The notes below the pieces were generated by a model. It saw only the letters and a list, made by a program, of their open reading frames with translations, did no database searches and was not told the DNA's origin. Positions 35,045 through 43,945 of a stretch of DNA of 50,020 nt are shown here, one piece after another. Position 1 is the first letter of the stretch. Every line of letters begins with the position of its first letter. The position numbers and the translations under genes are program-made. Source of the DNA: Actinomycetales bacterium (lineage in GTDB: Bacteria; Actinomycetota; Actinomycetes; Actinomycetales; CAVURS01); assembly GCA_045807245.1 (NCBI GenBank), contig JBJMHS010000069.1, positions 1-50,020 on the forward strand. Direction: 5' to 3'.

Positions 35045-36615
35045 CCCGATTTGACCCGCCCCCGAGCCGAGGCCGACCATCGAGCATGCCCGGAACCGGC
35101 GACGGTGGACCTCGGATCGGCATCGTCGTCGTGGCGTACAACGCGACGTCGACCCTGGTGGAGACGCTGGACCGCATCCCGGCCGAGGTCCTGCCGCGGC
35201 TGGCCGAGGTGATCATCTCGGACGACGCCAGCCGTGACGACACGTTCGAGCTGGCCCGAGCGTGGGGTGCACGCGCGCACGGCGTCGAGACCACTGTGGT
35301 CCGGCACACCAAGAACCTCGGGTACGGCGGCAACCAGAAGGCCGCGTACCGCATCGCGATCGACCACGGTCTCGACGTCGTGGTCCTGCTCCACGGTGAC
35401 GGGCAGTACGCCCCCGAGTGCCTGCCGCAGATGTTGTCGCCGTTCGAAAACCCTGACATCGCAGCCGTTTTCGGCTCGCGCATGATGGAGCCGGGTGCAG
35501 CCAAGGCCGGAGGGATGCCCTTCTACAAGCGGCTCGGCAACCGGATCCTCACGACGTTCGAGAACCGCATGCTCGGCACCGCGCTGAGCGAGTTCCACTC
35601 GGGCTACCGCGCGTACAGCACGCGCATCCTGGACTCGATCCCGTTCGAGGCGAACAGCGACGGGTTCGACTTCGACACGCAGATCATCGCCCAGATCGTC
35701 CAGGCCGGGGGGCGCATCGTGGAGGTCGCCATCCCGACGTACTACGGAGACGAGATCTGCTACGTGAACGGGATGTCGTATGCGCGAGACGTCGTGCGCG
35801 ACGTCGTCGAGTTCAAGCTGGCGACCAAGGGCTTCGGCACGCAGGAGTGGGTGCCGACGCCGGCCGAGTACCAGTTCAAGGAAGGCGACGGCTCCTCGCA
35901 CGCGGTCATGCTGCAGATGCTCGACCGGCTGCCGCCGTCCCGGATCCTCGACCTGGGCTGCTCCGGCGGGCTGTTCGCCGAGCGGGCGCGCGCGGCCGGC
36001 CATCACGTGACAGGGGTCGACGCGGTCGAGGTCGAAGGGGTTCGCGAACGGACCGACCGGTTCTACCTCGCCGACCTCGAAGAGGGCATACCGGCGGAGG
36101 TCGGTGCCCGGTACGACGTGGTTGTCGCCGGCGACGTGATCGAGCACCTCAGCCGCCCGGGGCTGCTGTTGCGCGAGATTCACCGGGTCCTGCGGCCCGG
36201 CGGTCAGCTGCTGCTGTCCGTGCCCAACTTCGGGCACTGGTATCCGCGGGTCCGGGTCGCCACCGGGCTGTTCGGCTACGACCGCCGCGGGATCCTCGAC
36301 TCGACCCACCTGCGCTTCTTCACCCGCTCGACCCTGCGCCGTACGGTCCGACAGGCGGGGTTCGACGTGCTGGACGAGTCCGCGACCGGCTTGCCGCTGG
36401 GCGCGATCGGCGGTGCGGGGGCCGGGGTCGCCCTGAGCTCGGTGCGCCGCATGGACGCCGCCCTGGTCCGGGCCCGGCCCACGCTGTTCGCATACCAGCA
36501 CGTGCTCCGACTGGTGCCACACGCCGAGGAGGCCATCTACGCGAACGACGTCGACCTGACCGGCCTCGACGGCGGGGCGCCGAGCCGGTCCGGCGACCAG
36601 GTCCAGTCGGCGTGA
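35041..36615 (+). CDS. Fusion of DPM1-like GT2 and class I SAM methyltransferase
   Basis: VVVAYNA, DDASRD, NLGYGGNQK, LHGDGQY, EFHSGYRAY; then RILDLGCSGG, GDVIEHL, SVPNFGHW, GILDSTHLRFFT. Confidence 0.92.
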   Translation: MTRFDPPPSRGRPSSMPGTGDGGPRIGIVVVAYNATSTLVETLDRIPAEVLPRLAEVIISDDASRDDTFELARAWGARAHGVETTVVRHTKNLGYGGNQKAAYRIAIDHGLDVVVLLHGDGQYAPECLPQMLSPFENPDIAAVFGSRMMEPGAAKAGGMPFYKRLGNRILTTFENRMLGTALSEFHSGYRAYSTRILDSIPFEANSDGFDFDTQIIAQIVQAGGRIVEVAIPTYYGDEICYVNGMSYARDVVRDVVEFKLATKGFGTQEWVPTPAEYQFKEGDGSSHAVMLQMLDRLPPSRILDLGCSGGLFAERARAAGHHVTGVDAVEVEGVRERTDRFYLADLEEGIPAEVGARYDVVVAGDVIEHLSRPGLLLREIHRVLRPGGQLLLSVPNFGHWYPRVRVATGLFGYDRRGILDSTHLRFFTRSTLRRTVRQAGFDVLDESATGLPLGAIGGAGAGVALSSVRRMDAALVRARPTLFAYQHVLRLVPHAEEAIYANDVDLTGLDGGAPSRSGDQVQSA

Positions 36616-37043
36616 CGGCCAGGCCGTTCCCGAGCACGCAACTCACGCGGAGCGCCAAGGTGAGCCTGACCTCGCTGCTGGTCCTGCTGTTCGCCGTTGC
36701 CGCCGCAGCCACCGGTCAGGTCCTGCTGAAACACGGTATGACGCGGGCCACCGAGCTCGCCCGGACCCAGGACCGCTCGCTGGTCGCCACCGCTGCCGTG
36801 AACATCTGGGTCCTGTGCGGTCTGGTCGTGTTCGCCGTGGCCGCCCTCGCCTGGCTGGCCACCCTGTCGCGGGTGCCGCTCAACGTGGCCTACCCGTTCA
36901 ACGCACTGGGCTACCTGGCCATCCTCGGCGCGAGCATCCTCGTGCTGGACGAGCGGGCGAACGTCTGGACGGTCGTCGGGTCCGCCATGGTCGTGAGCGG
37001 CCTCATCGTCGTGGTCACCCTCGGCCCGGCATCGGGCTCCTAG
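36612..37043 (+). CDS. SMR/EamA-like small membrane transporter (ArnE/ArnF-like flippase)
   Basis: Four TMs, TGQVLLKHG, LSRVPLNVAYPFNALGYL, LDER; start GTG 36612 (stop overlap) or 36660. Confidence 0.82.
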   Translation: MTARPFPSTQLTRSAKVSLTSLLVLLFAVAAAATGQVLLKHGMTRATELARTQDRSLVATAAVNIWVLCGLVVFAVAALAWLATLSRVPLNVAYPFNALGYLAILGASILVLDERANVWTVVGSAMVVSGLIVVVTLGPASGS

Positions 37044-37085
37044 TCCGGGAGCCAGACCCAGGGCACAAGAAGTTCGCGGACGCGG

Positions 37086-37112
37086 TGTCGGATCGGGTCC
37101 GGGGCGTTCGTA
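37086..37112 (+). promoter_or_regulatory. Putative ECF42-type promoter
   Basis: TGTCGG-17nt-CGTA, close to the ECF42 TGTCGA/CG(A/T)C consensus, upstream of the DGPF-sigma operon. Confidence 0.6.
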
Positions 37113-37157
37113 GGACGGGTGACAGGCCACCCACCAGGGGCACCGAACCAACGGGAG

Positions 37158-37766
37158 ATGATGATGAAGCTCACGACCAACACGCAGGTCACCCTCGACG
37201 GAGTGATGGAGGGCAACGGCGGGCAGGCGATGAACCGCCGCCCGGGGTTCGAGCGCGGGGGCTGGGCCCGGCCCGGGTCGGACAGCGAGGTCGGCGCGTA
37301 TGTCGGCGAGTTCTACCAGCGGGCCGACGCCTTCCTGTTCGGCCGGCGGACCTACGACCTCTTCGCCCCGTACTGGGGGGCCATCGACGATCCCGACAAC
37401 CCCATCGCCGCCGCCCTGAACAGCCGCCCCAAGTATGTCGCGTCGACGACGCTGAGCGAGGCGAGCTGGCCGGGCACGACGGTCCTCTCCGATGACCTGG
37501 AGACGACGATCCGCGAGCTGAAGGCCCAGCCGGGGGGCGAGCTGCAGGTGCACGGCAGCGGCCGTCTGGTCCGCTGGCTGCTGGAGCGCGAGCTGGTCGA
37601 CGAGATCGCCTTGCTCGTCTTCCCGGTGATCGTCGGTCAGGGCACCCGGCTCTTCCCCGACAACGGCCCGGACCAGGCGCTCGAGCTGGTCGAGTCGCGT
37701 GCCTTCCCGACCGGCATCACGCTCCAGGTCTACCGGCCGGCCGGGCGCCCGCAGTACACACCGTGA
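37158..37766 (+). CDS. Dihydrofolate reductase-like / RibD C-terminal domain protein
   Basis: TLDGVM, AFLFGRRTY, PKYVASTTL, VHGSGRL, LVDE...PVIVGQGTRLF; one of three tandem ATGs is the start. Confidence 0.92.
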   Translation: MMMKLTTNTQVTLDGVMEGNGGQAMNRRPGFERGGWARPGSDSEVGAYVGEFYQRADAFLFGRRTYDLFAPYWGAIDDPDNPIAAALNSRPKYVASTTLSEASWPGTTVLSDDLETTIRELKAQPGGELQVHGSGRLVRWLLERELVDEIALLVFPVIVGQGTRLFPDNGPDQALELVESRAFPTGITLQVYRPAGRPQYTP

Positions 37767-37801
37767 CGGATCGCGACCGACCCAGACAGGAGACAACCAC
37801 G

Positions 37802-38131
37802 ATGCAGTACCTCTTCTCCGTGGTCCACGACCAGCCCGGCCGTGCCCCCGACGACGAGATGGCGGCCATCGACGTGTTCAACGACCGGCTGCAGGCCGAG
37901 GGCCACTGGGTCTTCGCCGCCGGCCTGGAGCCACCCAGCACCGCCACCGTCATCGACAACCGCGGCGAGCAGCCGCTGTTCACCGACGGCCCGTTCGTGG
38001 AGTCCAAGGAGTTCCTCGCCGGCTTCTGGATCATCGAGGCGCCCGACCTGGACGTGGCCCTGACCCTCGCGGCCGAGGGGTCGAAGGCCTGCAACCGCAA
38101 GGTCGAGGTGCGACCCATCATCGGCGGGTGA
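37802..38131 (+). CDS. YciI-related DGPF protein
   Basis: TDGPFVESKEFLAGFWIIEA, VEVRP; AGGAG RBS. Confidence 0.92.
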   Translation: MQYLFSVVHDQPGRAPDDEMAAIDVFNDRLQAEGHWVFAAGLEPPSTATVIDNRGEQPLFTDGPFVESKEFLAGFWIIEAPDLDVALTLAAEGSKACNRKVEVRPIIGG

Positions 38132-39375
38132 ACGCGGTCGACGCGCAGGAGGCGATCACCCGCACCCACCGGGAGGAGTGGGCGCGGGTGGTCGCCGGTC
38201 TGGCCCGGCGCTTCGGCGACCTCGACATCGCCGAGGAAGCGGCGGCCGAGGCATTCGCGACCGCTGTCGAGCGGTGGCCGACCGACGGCGTACCGCCCAA
38301 CCGCGGTGGCTGGGTGACGACCACCGCCAACCGCAAGGCCATCGACCGGCTGCGCCGCGAGCACAAGCGCGACGACAAGCAGAAGCAGGCTCAGATGTTG
38401 TACGACGACCCGCTCGAGCCGCATCAACCGCTAGGTGCCGTCGACGACGACCGACTGCGGCTGGTCTTCACCTGCTGTCACCCGGCCCTCTCGATGGAGA
38501 CGCGGGTGGCCCTGACGCTGCGCCTGCTGGGCGGCCTGACCCTGGCCCAGATCGCTCGCGCGTTCCTGGTGCAGGAGAGCGCCATGGGGCAGCGGATCAC
38601 CCGGGCCAAGGCCAAGATCAAGGCGGCTCGCATCCCCTATCGGGTGCCCTCGGCGGAGGACCTGCCGGCCCGGGTCACCGGCGTGCTCGCCGTGCTCTAC
38701 CTCGTGTTCAACGAGGGCTACCTGGCCACCGGCCCCGACACCGACCCGGTCCGGCAGGAGCTGACCACCGAGGCGATCCGGTTGACGCGTCTGGTCCGGG
38801 TACTCCTGCCGGCGGACGGGGAGGTCGCCGGGCTGCTGGCGTTGATGCTGCTCACCGAGGCCCGGCGTACGGCCCGGGTCTCGGCGAGCGGCGAGCTGGT
38901 CCCGCTCGACGAGCAGGACCGCGGCGCCTGGGACACAGGGATGGTCGCCGAGGGCCATCGGCTGGTCCGCGAGCGGCTGGCTGCCGCCGCCGACGGAATC
39001 GCCCCGGGGCGGTTCCAGATCCTGGCCGCCATCAGTGCCGTGCACACCTCCGCGCGGGACATGCGTGACACCGACTGGTCACAGGTCGTCGCGCTGTACG
39101 ACCAGCTGGTCCGTATCGATCCCTCGCCGATCGTGGCCCTGAACCGGGCCGTCGCGATCGCCGAGCTCGACGGCCCGGACGTCGCGCTAGCTGCGGTCGA
39201 CCGCCTCGCGGACAGCTTGACCGGCTACCACGCCTTCCACGCCACGCGCGCCGACCTGCTCCGACGGCTGGGCCGCAGTGAGGCGTCGCGTGCGGCGTAC
39301 GACGCGGCCATCGAGCTCGCCGGCAACACGGCGGAGACGGCGTACCTGACCCGTCGCCGCGACCAGCTGGGGTAG
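38128..39375 (+). CDS. ECF sigma factor with C-terminal TPR extension (ECF42 type)
   Basis: DLDIAEE, DDRLRLVFTCCHPAL, IARAFLV, YLVFNEGY, PSPIVALNRAVA, RADLLRRLGR; coupled to the DGPF gene. Confidence 0.93.
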   Translation: MNAVDAQEAITRTHREEWARVVAGLARRFGDLDIAEEAAAEAFATAVERWPTDGVPPNRGGWVTTTANRKAIDRLRREHKRDDKQKQAQMLYDDPLEPHQPLGAVDDDRLRLVFTCCHPALSMETRVALTLRLLGGLTLAQIARAFLVQESAMGQRITRAKAKIKAARIPYRVPSAEDLPARVTGVLAVLYLVFNEGYLATGPDTDPVRQELTTEAIRLTRLVRVLLPADGEVAGLLALMLLTEARRTARVSASGELVPLDEQDRGAWDTGMVAEGHRLVRERLAAAADGIAPGRFQILAAISAVHTSARDMRDTDWSQVVALYDQLVRIDPSPIVALNRAVAIAELDGPDVALAAVDRLADSLTGYHAFHATRADLLRRLGRSEASRAAYDAAIELAGNTAETAYLTRRRDQLG

Positions 39376-39412
39376 GTCAGCCGGCGGCTCGCTGCCAGTG
39401 ACGCTACCCCGC

Positions 39413-40816
39413 TCAGGCCCGGACGTGGAGGCGTCGGGCCGCCTCGGCCACCGAACCGCTGAGTGAGGGATAGATGGTGAACGCGCTCGCGACCTGGTCC
39501 ACCGTCAGCCGCTGCTGCACCGCGAGGGCGACGGGGAAGATCAGCTCCGAAGCCTTGGGCGCGACGACGACACCCCCCACGACAATGCCCGTGCCCGGCC
39601 GGGCGAACAGCTTCACGAACCCGTCCTCGAGATGCTCCATCTTCGCGCGGGCGTTCGTGGCCAGGGGCAGCATGATGGTCTTGGCCGCCATCTGCCCCGC
39701 GTCGATCTCCTTCTGCGAGTAGCCGACCGTCGCGATCTCGGGATCGGTGAAGATGTTCGCCGCCACCGCCTTGAGGTTGATCGGCGAGACGGCGTCACCC
39801 AGGGCGTGCCACATCGCGATCCGGCCCTGCATGGCGGCGACCGATGCCAACGGCAGCACACCCGTGCAGTCGCCCGCCGCATAGATGCCGCGGGCGGCCG
39901 TCCGCGAGACGCGGTCCACCTCGATGTGGCCGGATGCGGTGAGCTCCACGCCGGCCTCCTCGAGGCCGACGCCGGCCGTGTTCGGGACCGAGCCGACGGC
40001 CAGCAGGCAGTGGCTGCCCTCGACCTCGCGGCCGTCCTCCAGCGCGACGACGATGCCGTCACCGGTACGTCGTACGGCGGCCGCGCGACTGCGGCTGAGC
40101 ACCTCCATGCCCCGGCGGCGGAAGACGTCCTCGACGACCTGGGCCGCGTCGGCGTCCTCCCCAGGCAGCACGCGGTCGCGGGAGGAGACGAGGGTCACCT
40201 GGGCCCCCAGGCCGAGATAGCCATGGGCCAGCTCGGCCCCGGTGACGCCGGAGCCGACCACGACGAGGCGTTCGGGGAGCTGGGGCAGGTCGTAGATCTG
40301 CTGCCAGGTCAGGATCCGCTCGGCGTCCGGCTGGGCGGCGGCCATCAACCGCGGAGTGGCGCCGGTCGCGACCAGCACGACGTCGGCGTCGAGCCGCTCG
40401 TCCCAGCCGTTGCCGCCGGGGTCGACCTCGACGGTCAGCGGCCGGTCCGAGGCGTGCTCGGCCGCGAGGCGCCCGCGGCCCTGGACGACGGTGACGCCGT
40501 CACGGGCCAGCCGGGCCGAGATGTCGGAGCTCTGGGCCGACGCCAGGGACCTGATCTCGGAGTTGACCTCGGCCAGGTCGGAGGACCCGGCGGTCGTACC
40601 GCTCGCCGCGCCCACCTGCTCGACGTACCGCATCCGCGCGTCCGCCGTGGCGATCAACGCCTTGCTCGGCACGCAGTCGGTCAGCACGCAGGCGCCGCCC
40701 AGACCGTCCCGCTCGACCACGGTGACCTCGGCGCCCAGCTGCGCCGCCACGAGCGCGGCCTCGTACCCGCCGGGACCGCCGCCCAACACGACGACCCGCT
40801 GACGACGCGCGCTCAC
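39413..40816 (-). CDS. lpdA: NAD(P)H-quinone dehydrogenase (LpdA type)
   Basis: LGGGPGGYEAA, CVLTDCVPSKAL, GSGVTGAE, AMQGRIAMWHALG, FTIYPSLSGS; conserved position divergent from GGCT. Confidence 0.92.
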   Translation of the reverse strand: MSARRQRVVVLGGGPGGYEAALVAAQLGAEVTVVERDGLGGACVLTDCVPSKALIATADARMRYVEQVGAASGTTAGSSDLAEVNSEIRSLASAQSSDISARLARDGVTVVQGRGRLAAEHASDRPLTVEVDPGGNGWDERLDADVVLVATGATPRLMAAAQPDAERILTWQQIYDLPQLPERLVVVGSGVTGAELAHGYLGLGAQVTLVSSRDRVLPGEDADAAQVVEDVFRRRGMEVLSRSRAAAVRRTGDGIVVALEDGREVEGSHCLLAVGSVPNTAGVGLEEAGVELTASGHIEVDRVSRTAARGIYAAGDCTGVLPLASVAAMQGRIAMWHALGDAVSPINLKAVAANIFTDPEIATVGYSQKEIDAGQMAAKTIMLPLATNARAKMEHLEDGFVKLFARPGTGIVVGGVVVAPKASELIFPVALAVQQRLTVDQVASAFTIYPSLSGSVAEAARRLHVRA

Positions 40817-40867
40817 GGGACCATCCAACCAGCCGGGTCGGGCCCTCCGGACAACTACGCTGCGCCC

Positions 40868-41308
40868 ATGGCGTTGTACGCGGCGTACGCCGTGAGCCTC
40901 GACCCGCGCCGGATGTCCGAGCGCGCACCGCACTCACCACTGCACGGCACCGGGTGGGTGAGCGGCTGGCGGCTCACGTTCGGCGGCGAGGAGCTCGGGT
41001 GGGACGGCGCGCTCGCGACGCTCGTCGAGGACGTGACCGAGCAGGTGTACGTCGCCGTGTACGACCTGACGAGCGAGGACGAGCGCTCCCTGGACCAGTG
41101 GGAGAGCATCGACCTCGGCCACTTCCAGAAGGTCAAGGTGCGGGTGCACCTGCTCGAGGGCGACGTGCTCGCCTGGGCCTACCTGCTGGACGCCTACGAG
41201 GGTGGCCTGCCGTCGGCGGGCTACCTGGAGGAGGTCGCAGCGGCCGCTGCCCGCGCGGGCGCCCCTGATGACTACGTCGCCTCTTTGCGAGCCCGTCCGC
41301 ACGGCTGA
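40868..41308 (+). CDS. Gamma-glutamylcyclotransferase family protein
   Basis: LYAAY, RAPHSP, GWRLTFGGE, LDAYEGGLPS. Confidence 0.9.
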   Translation: MALYAAYAVSLDPRRMSERAPHSPLHGTGWVSGWRLTFGGEELGWDGALATLVEDVTEQVYVAVYDLTSEDERSLDQWESIDLGHFQKVKVRVHLLEGDVLAWAYLLDAYEGGLPSAGYLEEVAAAAARAGAPDDYVASLRARPHG

Positions 41309-41324
41309 GTAACGGCCGGGTCAC
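41309..41324 (+). promoter_or_regulatory. GTnAC-N6-GTnAC box (GlnR/MtrA type)
   Basis: GTAAC-GGCCGG-GTCAC about 110 bp upstream of the secreted peptidase gene. Confidence 0.45.
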
Positions 41325-41436
41325 TCGCCGGCGACGACTACGCCGAAAGGTGCTTGCCAGGCGAAGGAACTGTTGCCGCAACGCCCTTCTCACGATAGGC
41401 ATTGCTCGCTCGGGGGCACTCAACGAAAGGTTCTCC

Positions 41437-43071
41437 ATGAAGAGACTCATCGCCGTCACCGCCGCCATCGGGTTGGGCGTGACGGGTCTGGCAACGGCGG
41501 GAACCGCCAACGCCGGTACGACGAGCACCGCGACCACATCCGCAGTGCCGGTCACCCACTCCAGCATCAGCTGGGCGACATGCGACGACCCGGGCCTCAC
41601 GGACGCGGGCGCCGTCTGCGGCACGTTGTCCGTTCCACTCGACTACAGCCGTCCGGGCGGGCGTCACATCACCCTGGCCCTGTCGATGGTCCGGCACACG
41701 ACGCCCGACTCGAAGTACCAGGGCGTCATGCTGGTCAACCCGGGCGGCCCCGGCGGTTCGGGTCTGAGCCTGTCGACGCTGGGCCAGTACGTGCCGAACG
41801 GTGCCGGCGACTCCTACGACTGGATCGGCTGGGACCCGCGCGGCGTCGGCGCCAGCACGCCGTCGCTGCACTGCGACCCCAACTACTTCCAGGGTCCGCG
41901 ACCGAACTACACCCCCAGCACGGCGGCGTTGACGACGTTCTGGCTGGCCAAGTCCAAGGCGTACGCCGAGGCGTGCGGCGCTGACGGCGGCGCTCTGCTC
42001 GACCACGTGACAACGGTCGACTCGGCCAAGGACATGGAGAGCATCCGCAAGGCCATGGGGCAGGCCAAGATCAACTACTACGGCTTCTCCTACGGCACCT
42101 ACCTCGGATCGGTCTACGCCACGCTGTACCCGCACCGGCTGCGCCGCGCGGTCTTCGACAGCACGGTCAACCCGAACCGGGTCTGGTACCAGGCCAACCT
42201 CGACCAGGACATCGCGTTCGAGCGGAACATGAAGATCTGGTTCGCCTGGGTCGCGAAGTACGACAGCGTCTACCACCTCGGCACCACCGAGCCGAAGGTC
42301 GAGAAGCTCTGGTACAAGACCAAGGCCGATCTTTACAAGCACCCGGCCGGTGGTGTCGTGGGCGGCAGTGAGTGGACCGACATCTTCCTGTACGCCGGGT
42401 ACTACCAGATCACCTGGCTCGACCTGGGCGACGCGTTCGCGGCGTGGGTCAACAACCACGACGTCGACCGCATCGTCGGCGAGTACGAGGGTGCCGAGGG
42501 CATCGGCGACGACAACGGCTACGCCATGTACGACGCCACGCAGTGCACCGACGTCCAGTGGCCGCAGAGCTTCGCGAAGTGGCGCAAGGACAACAACCGG
42601 GTAGCCAAGATCGCACCGTTCGAGACCTGGGCCAACGCCTGGTACAACGCGCCGTGCCTCTACTGGCCGGGCCAGACGCACACGCCGGTCAAGGTCGACG
42701 GCAGCCAGGTCAAGAGCCTGCTGATGATCGACGAGACGCTCGACGCGGCCACGCCGTACTCGGGCAGCCTGGTGGTCCGCAAGCTGTTCCCGAACGCGAG
42801 CCTCATCGCGCTCCCAGGCGGGACGTCCCACGCGTTCTCGCTGTTCGGCGACCAGTGCGAGGACGGGCAGATCGCGGCCTACCTGGCGAACGGCACGCTG
42901 CCCGTGCGCAAGCCGGGCAACCGGGCGGACACGACCTGCGCGCCGCTCCCCGTGCCGGACCCGACGGAGGCCGCTGCCTCGGCGTCGGCGATGGCCAAGT
43001 CCGGTGCCGCAGCGAAGACCGCTCCCATCACCCGGGAGTCGCTGCAGCGCCTGATCGCCAGAGCCCGCTGA
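41437..43071 (+). CDS. Secreted alpha/beta-hydrolase, tripeptidyl aminopeptidase (TAP)-like
   Basis: Signal peptide ending ANA; VPLDY, NPGGPGGSG, DPRGVG, nucleophile GFSYGT, DAATPY, GTSH. Confidence 0.93.
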   Translation: MKRLIAVTAAIGLGVTGLATAGTANAGTTSTATTSAVPVTHSSISWATCDDPGLTDAGAVCGTLSVPLDYSRPGGRHITLALSMVRHTTPDSKYQGVMLVNPGGPGGSGLSLSTLGQYVPNGAGDSYDWIGWDPRGVGASTPSLHCDPNYFQGPRPNYTPSTAALTTFWLAKSKAYAEACGADGGALLDHVTTVDSAKDMESIRKAMGQAKINYYGFSYGTYLGSVYATLYPHRLRRAVFDSTVNPNRVWYQANLDQDIAFERNMKIWFAWVAKYDSVYHLGTTEPKVEKLWYKTKADLYKHPAGGVVGGSEWTDIFLYAGYYQITWLDLGDAFAAWVNNHDVDRIVGEYEGAEGIGDDNGYAMYDATQCTDVQWPQSFAKWRKDNNRVAKIAPFETWANAWYNAPCLYWPGQTHTPVKVDGSQVKSLLMIDETLDAATPYSGSLVVRKLFPNASLIALPGGTSHAFSLFGDQCEDGQIAAYLANGTLPVRKPGNRADTTCAPLPVPDPTEAAASASAMAKSGAAAKTAPITRESLQRLIARAR

Positions 43072-43129
43072 CCAGTCCGCTGATCGGTAGGCATAGGACG
43101 GTGGTTCGCGGTCTGGCAGCATGCGCCAG

Positions 43130-43945
43130 GTGACGGACCACCAGACATCGCAAGGACCTCTCGAGGTCGCCGCAGCCGCTGCGCTCGCCATCGCCGAGCG
43201 CAGCGGCTGCGCTCGTCATGACGTCGCCCTGGTGCTGGGTTCGGGCTGGGGTCCGGCCGCCGACCTGCTCGGGAGCACCGAGGCGGAGATCCCTGCGACC
43301 GACCTGCCCGGCTTCTCGGCGTCGGCCGTCGCGGGTCACAAGGGCGTCGTCCGCTCGGTCGCGATCGGCGACAGCGGTCGTCGGGCGCTCGTCCTGCCGC
43401 GCACCCATTACTACGAGGGCAAGGGCCTGCGCGCCGTCGTCCACGGCGTGCGCACCGCAGCGGCGTCCGGCTGCTCGGTCATCGTCCTCACCAACGGCTG
43501 TGGCGGTCTCAACCCCTCGTGGTCCGCGGGCACCCCGGTGCTGATCCGGGACCACCTCAACCTCACCGGCGTCTCGCCGATCGAGGGTGCCGAGTTCATC
43601 GACCTCACCGACCTGTACTCGCCGCGGCTGCGGGCGCTGTGCCACCAGGTCGAGCCGGACCTGGCCGAGGGCGTGTACGCGCAGTTCCGCGGGCCGCAGT
43701 ACGAGACCCCGGCCGAGGTCCGCATGGCCGGTGTGCTCGGTGCCGACCTGGTCGGCATGTCCACGGCCATCGAGGCGATCGCGGCCCGGCAGTCCGGGCT
43801 GGAGGTCCTGGGGCTGTCCCTTGTCACGAACCTGGCGGCCGGCATCAGTGACCAGCCGCTCAACCACGAGGAGGTCCTCGAGGCGGGACGCGCCGCGGCG
43901 GAGCGGTGCGGCCGGATGCTGGCCGAGGTGGTGCGGCAGCTGTGA
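43130..43945 (+). CDS. punA: Purine-nucleoside phosphorylase (trimeric type)
   Basis: VLGSGW, RTHYYEG, LTNGCGG, GPQYETPAE, VGMST, LVTNLAAG; GTG 43130 or ATG 43121. Confidence 0.95.
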   Translation: MTDHQTSQGPLEVAAAAALAIAERSGCARHDVALVLGSGWGPAADLLGSTEAEIPATDLPGFSASAVAGHKGVVRSVAIGDSGRRALVLPRTHYYEGKGLRAVVHGVRTAAASGCSVIVLTNGCGGLNPSWSAGTPVLIRDHLNLTGVSPIEGAEFIDLTDLYSPRLRALCHQVEPDLAEGVYAQFRGPQYETPAEVRMAGVLGADLVGMSTAIEAIAARQSGLEVLGLSLVTNLAAGISDQPLNHEEVLEAGRAAAERCGRMLAEVVRQL

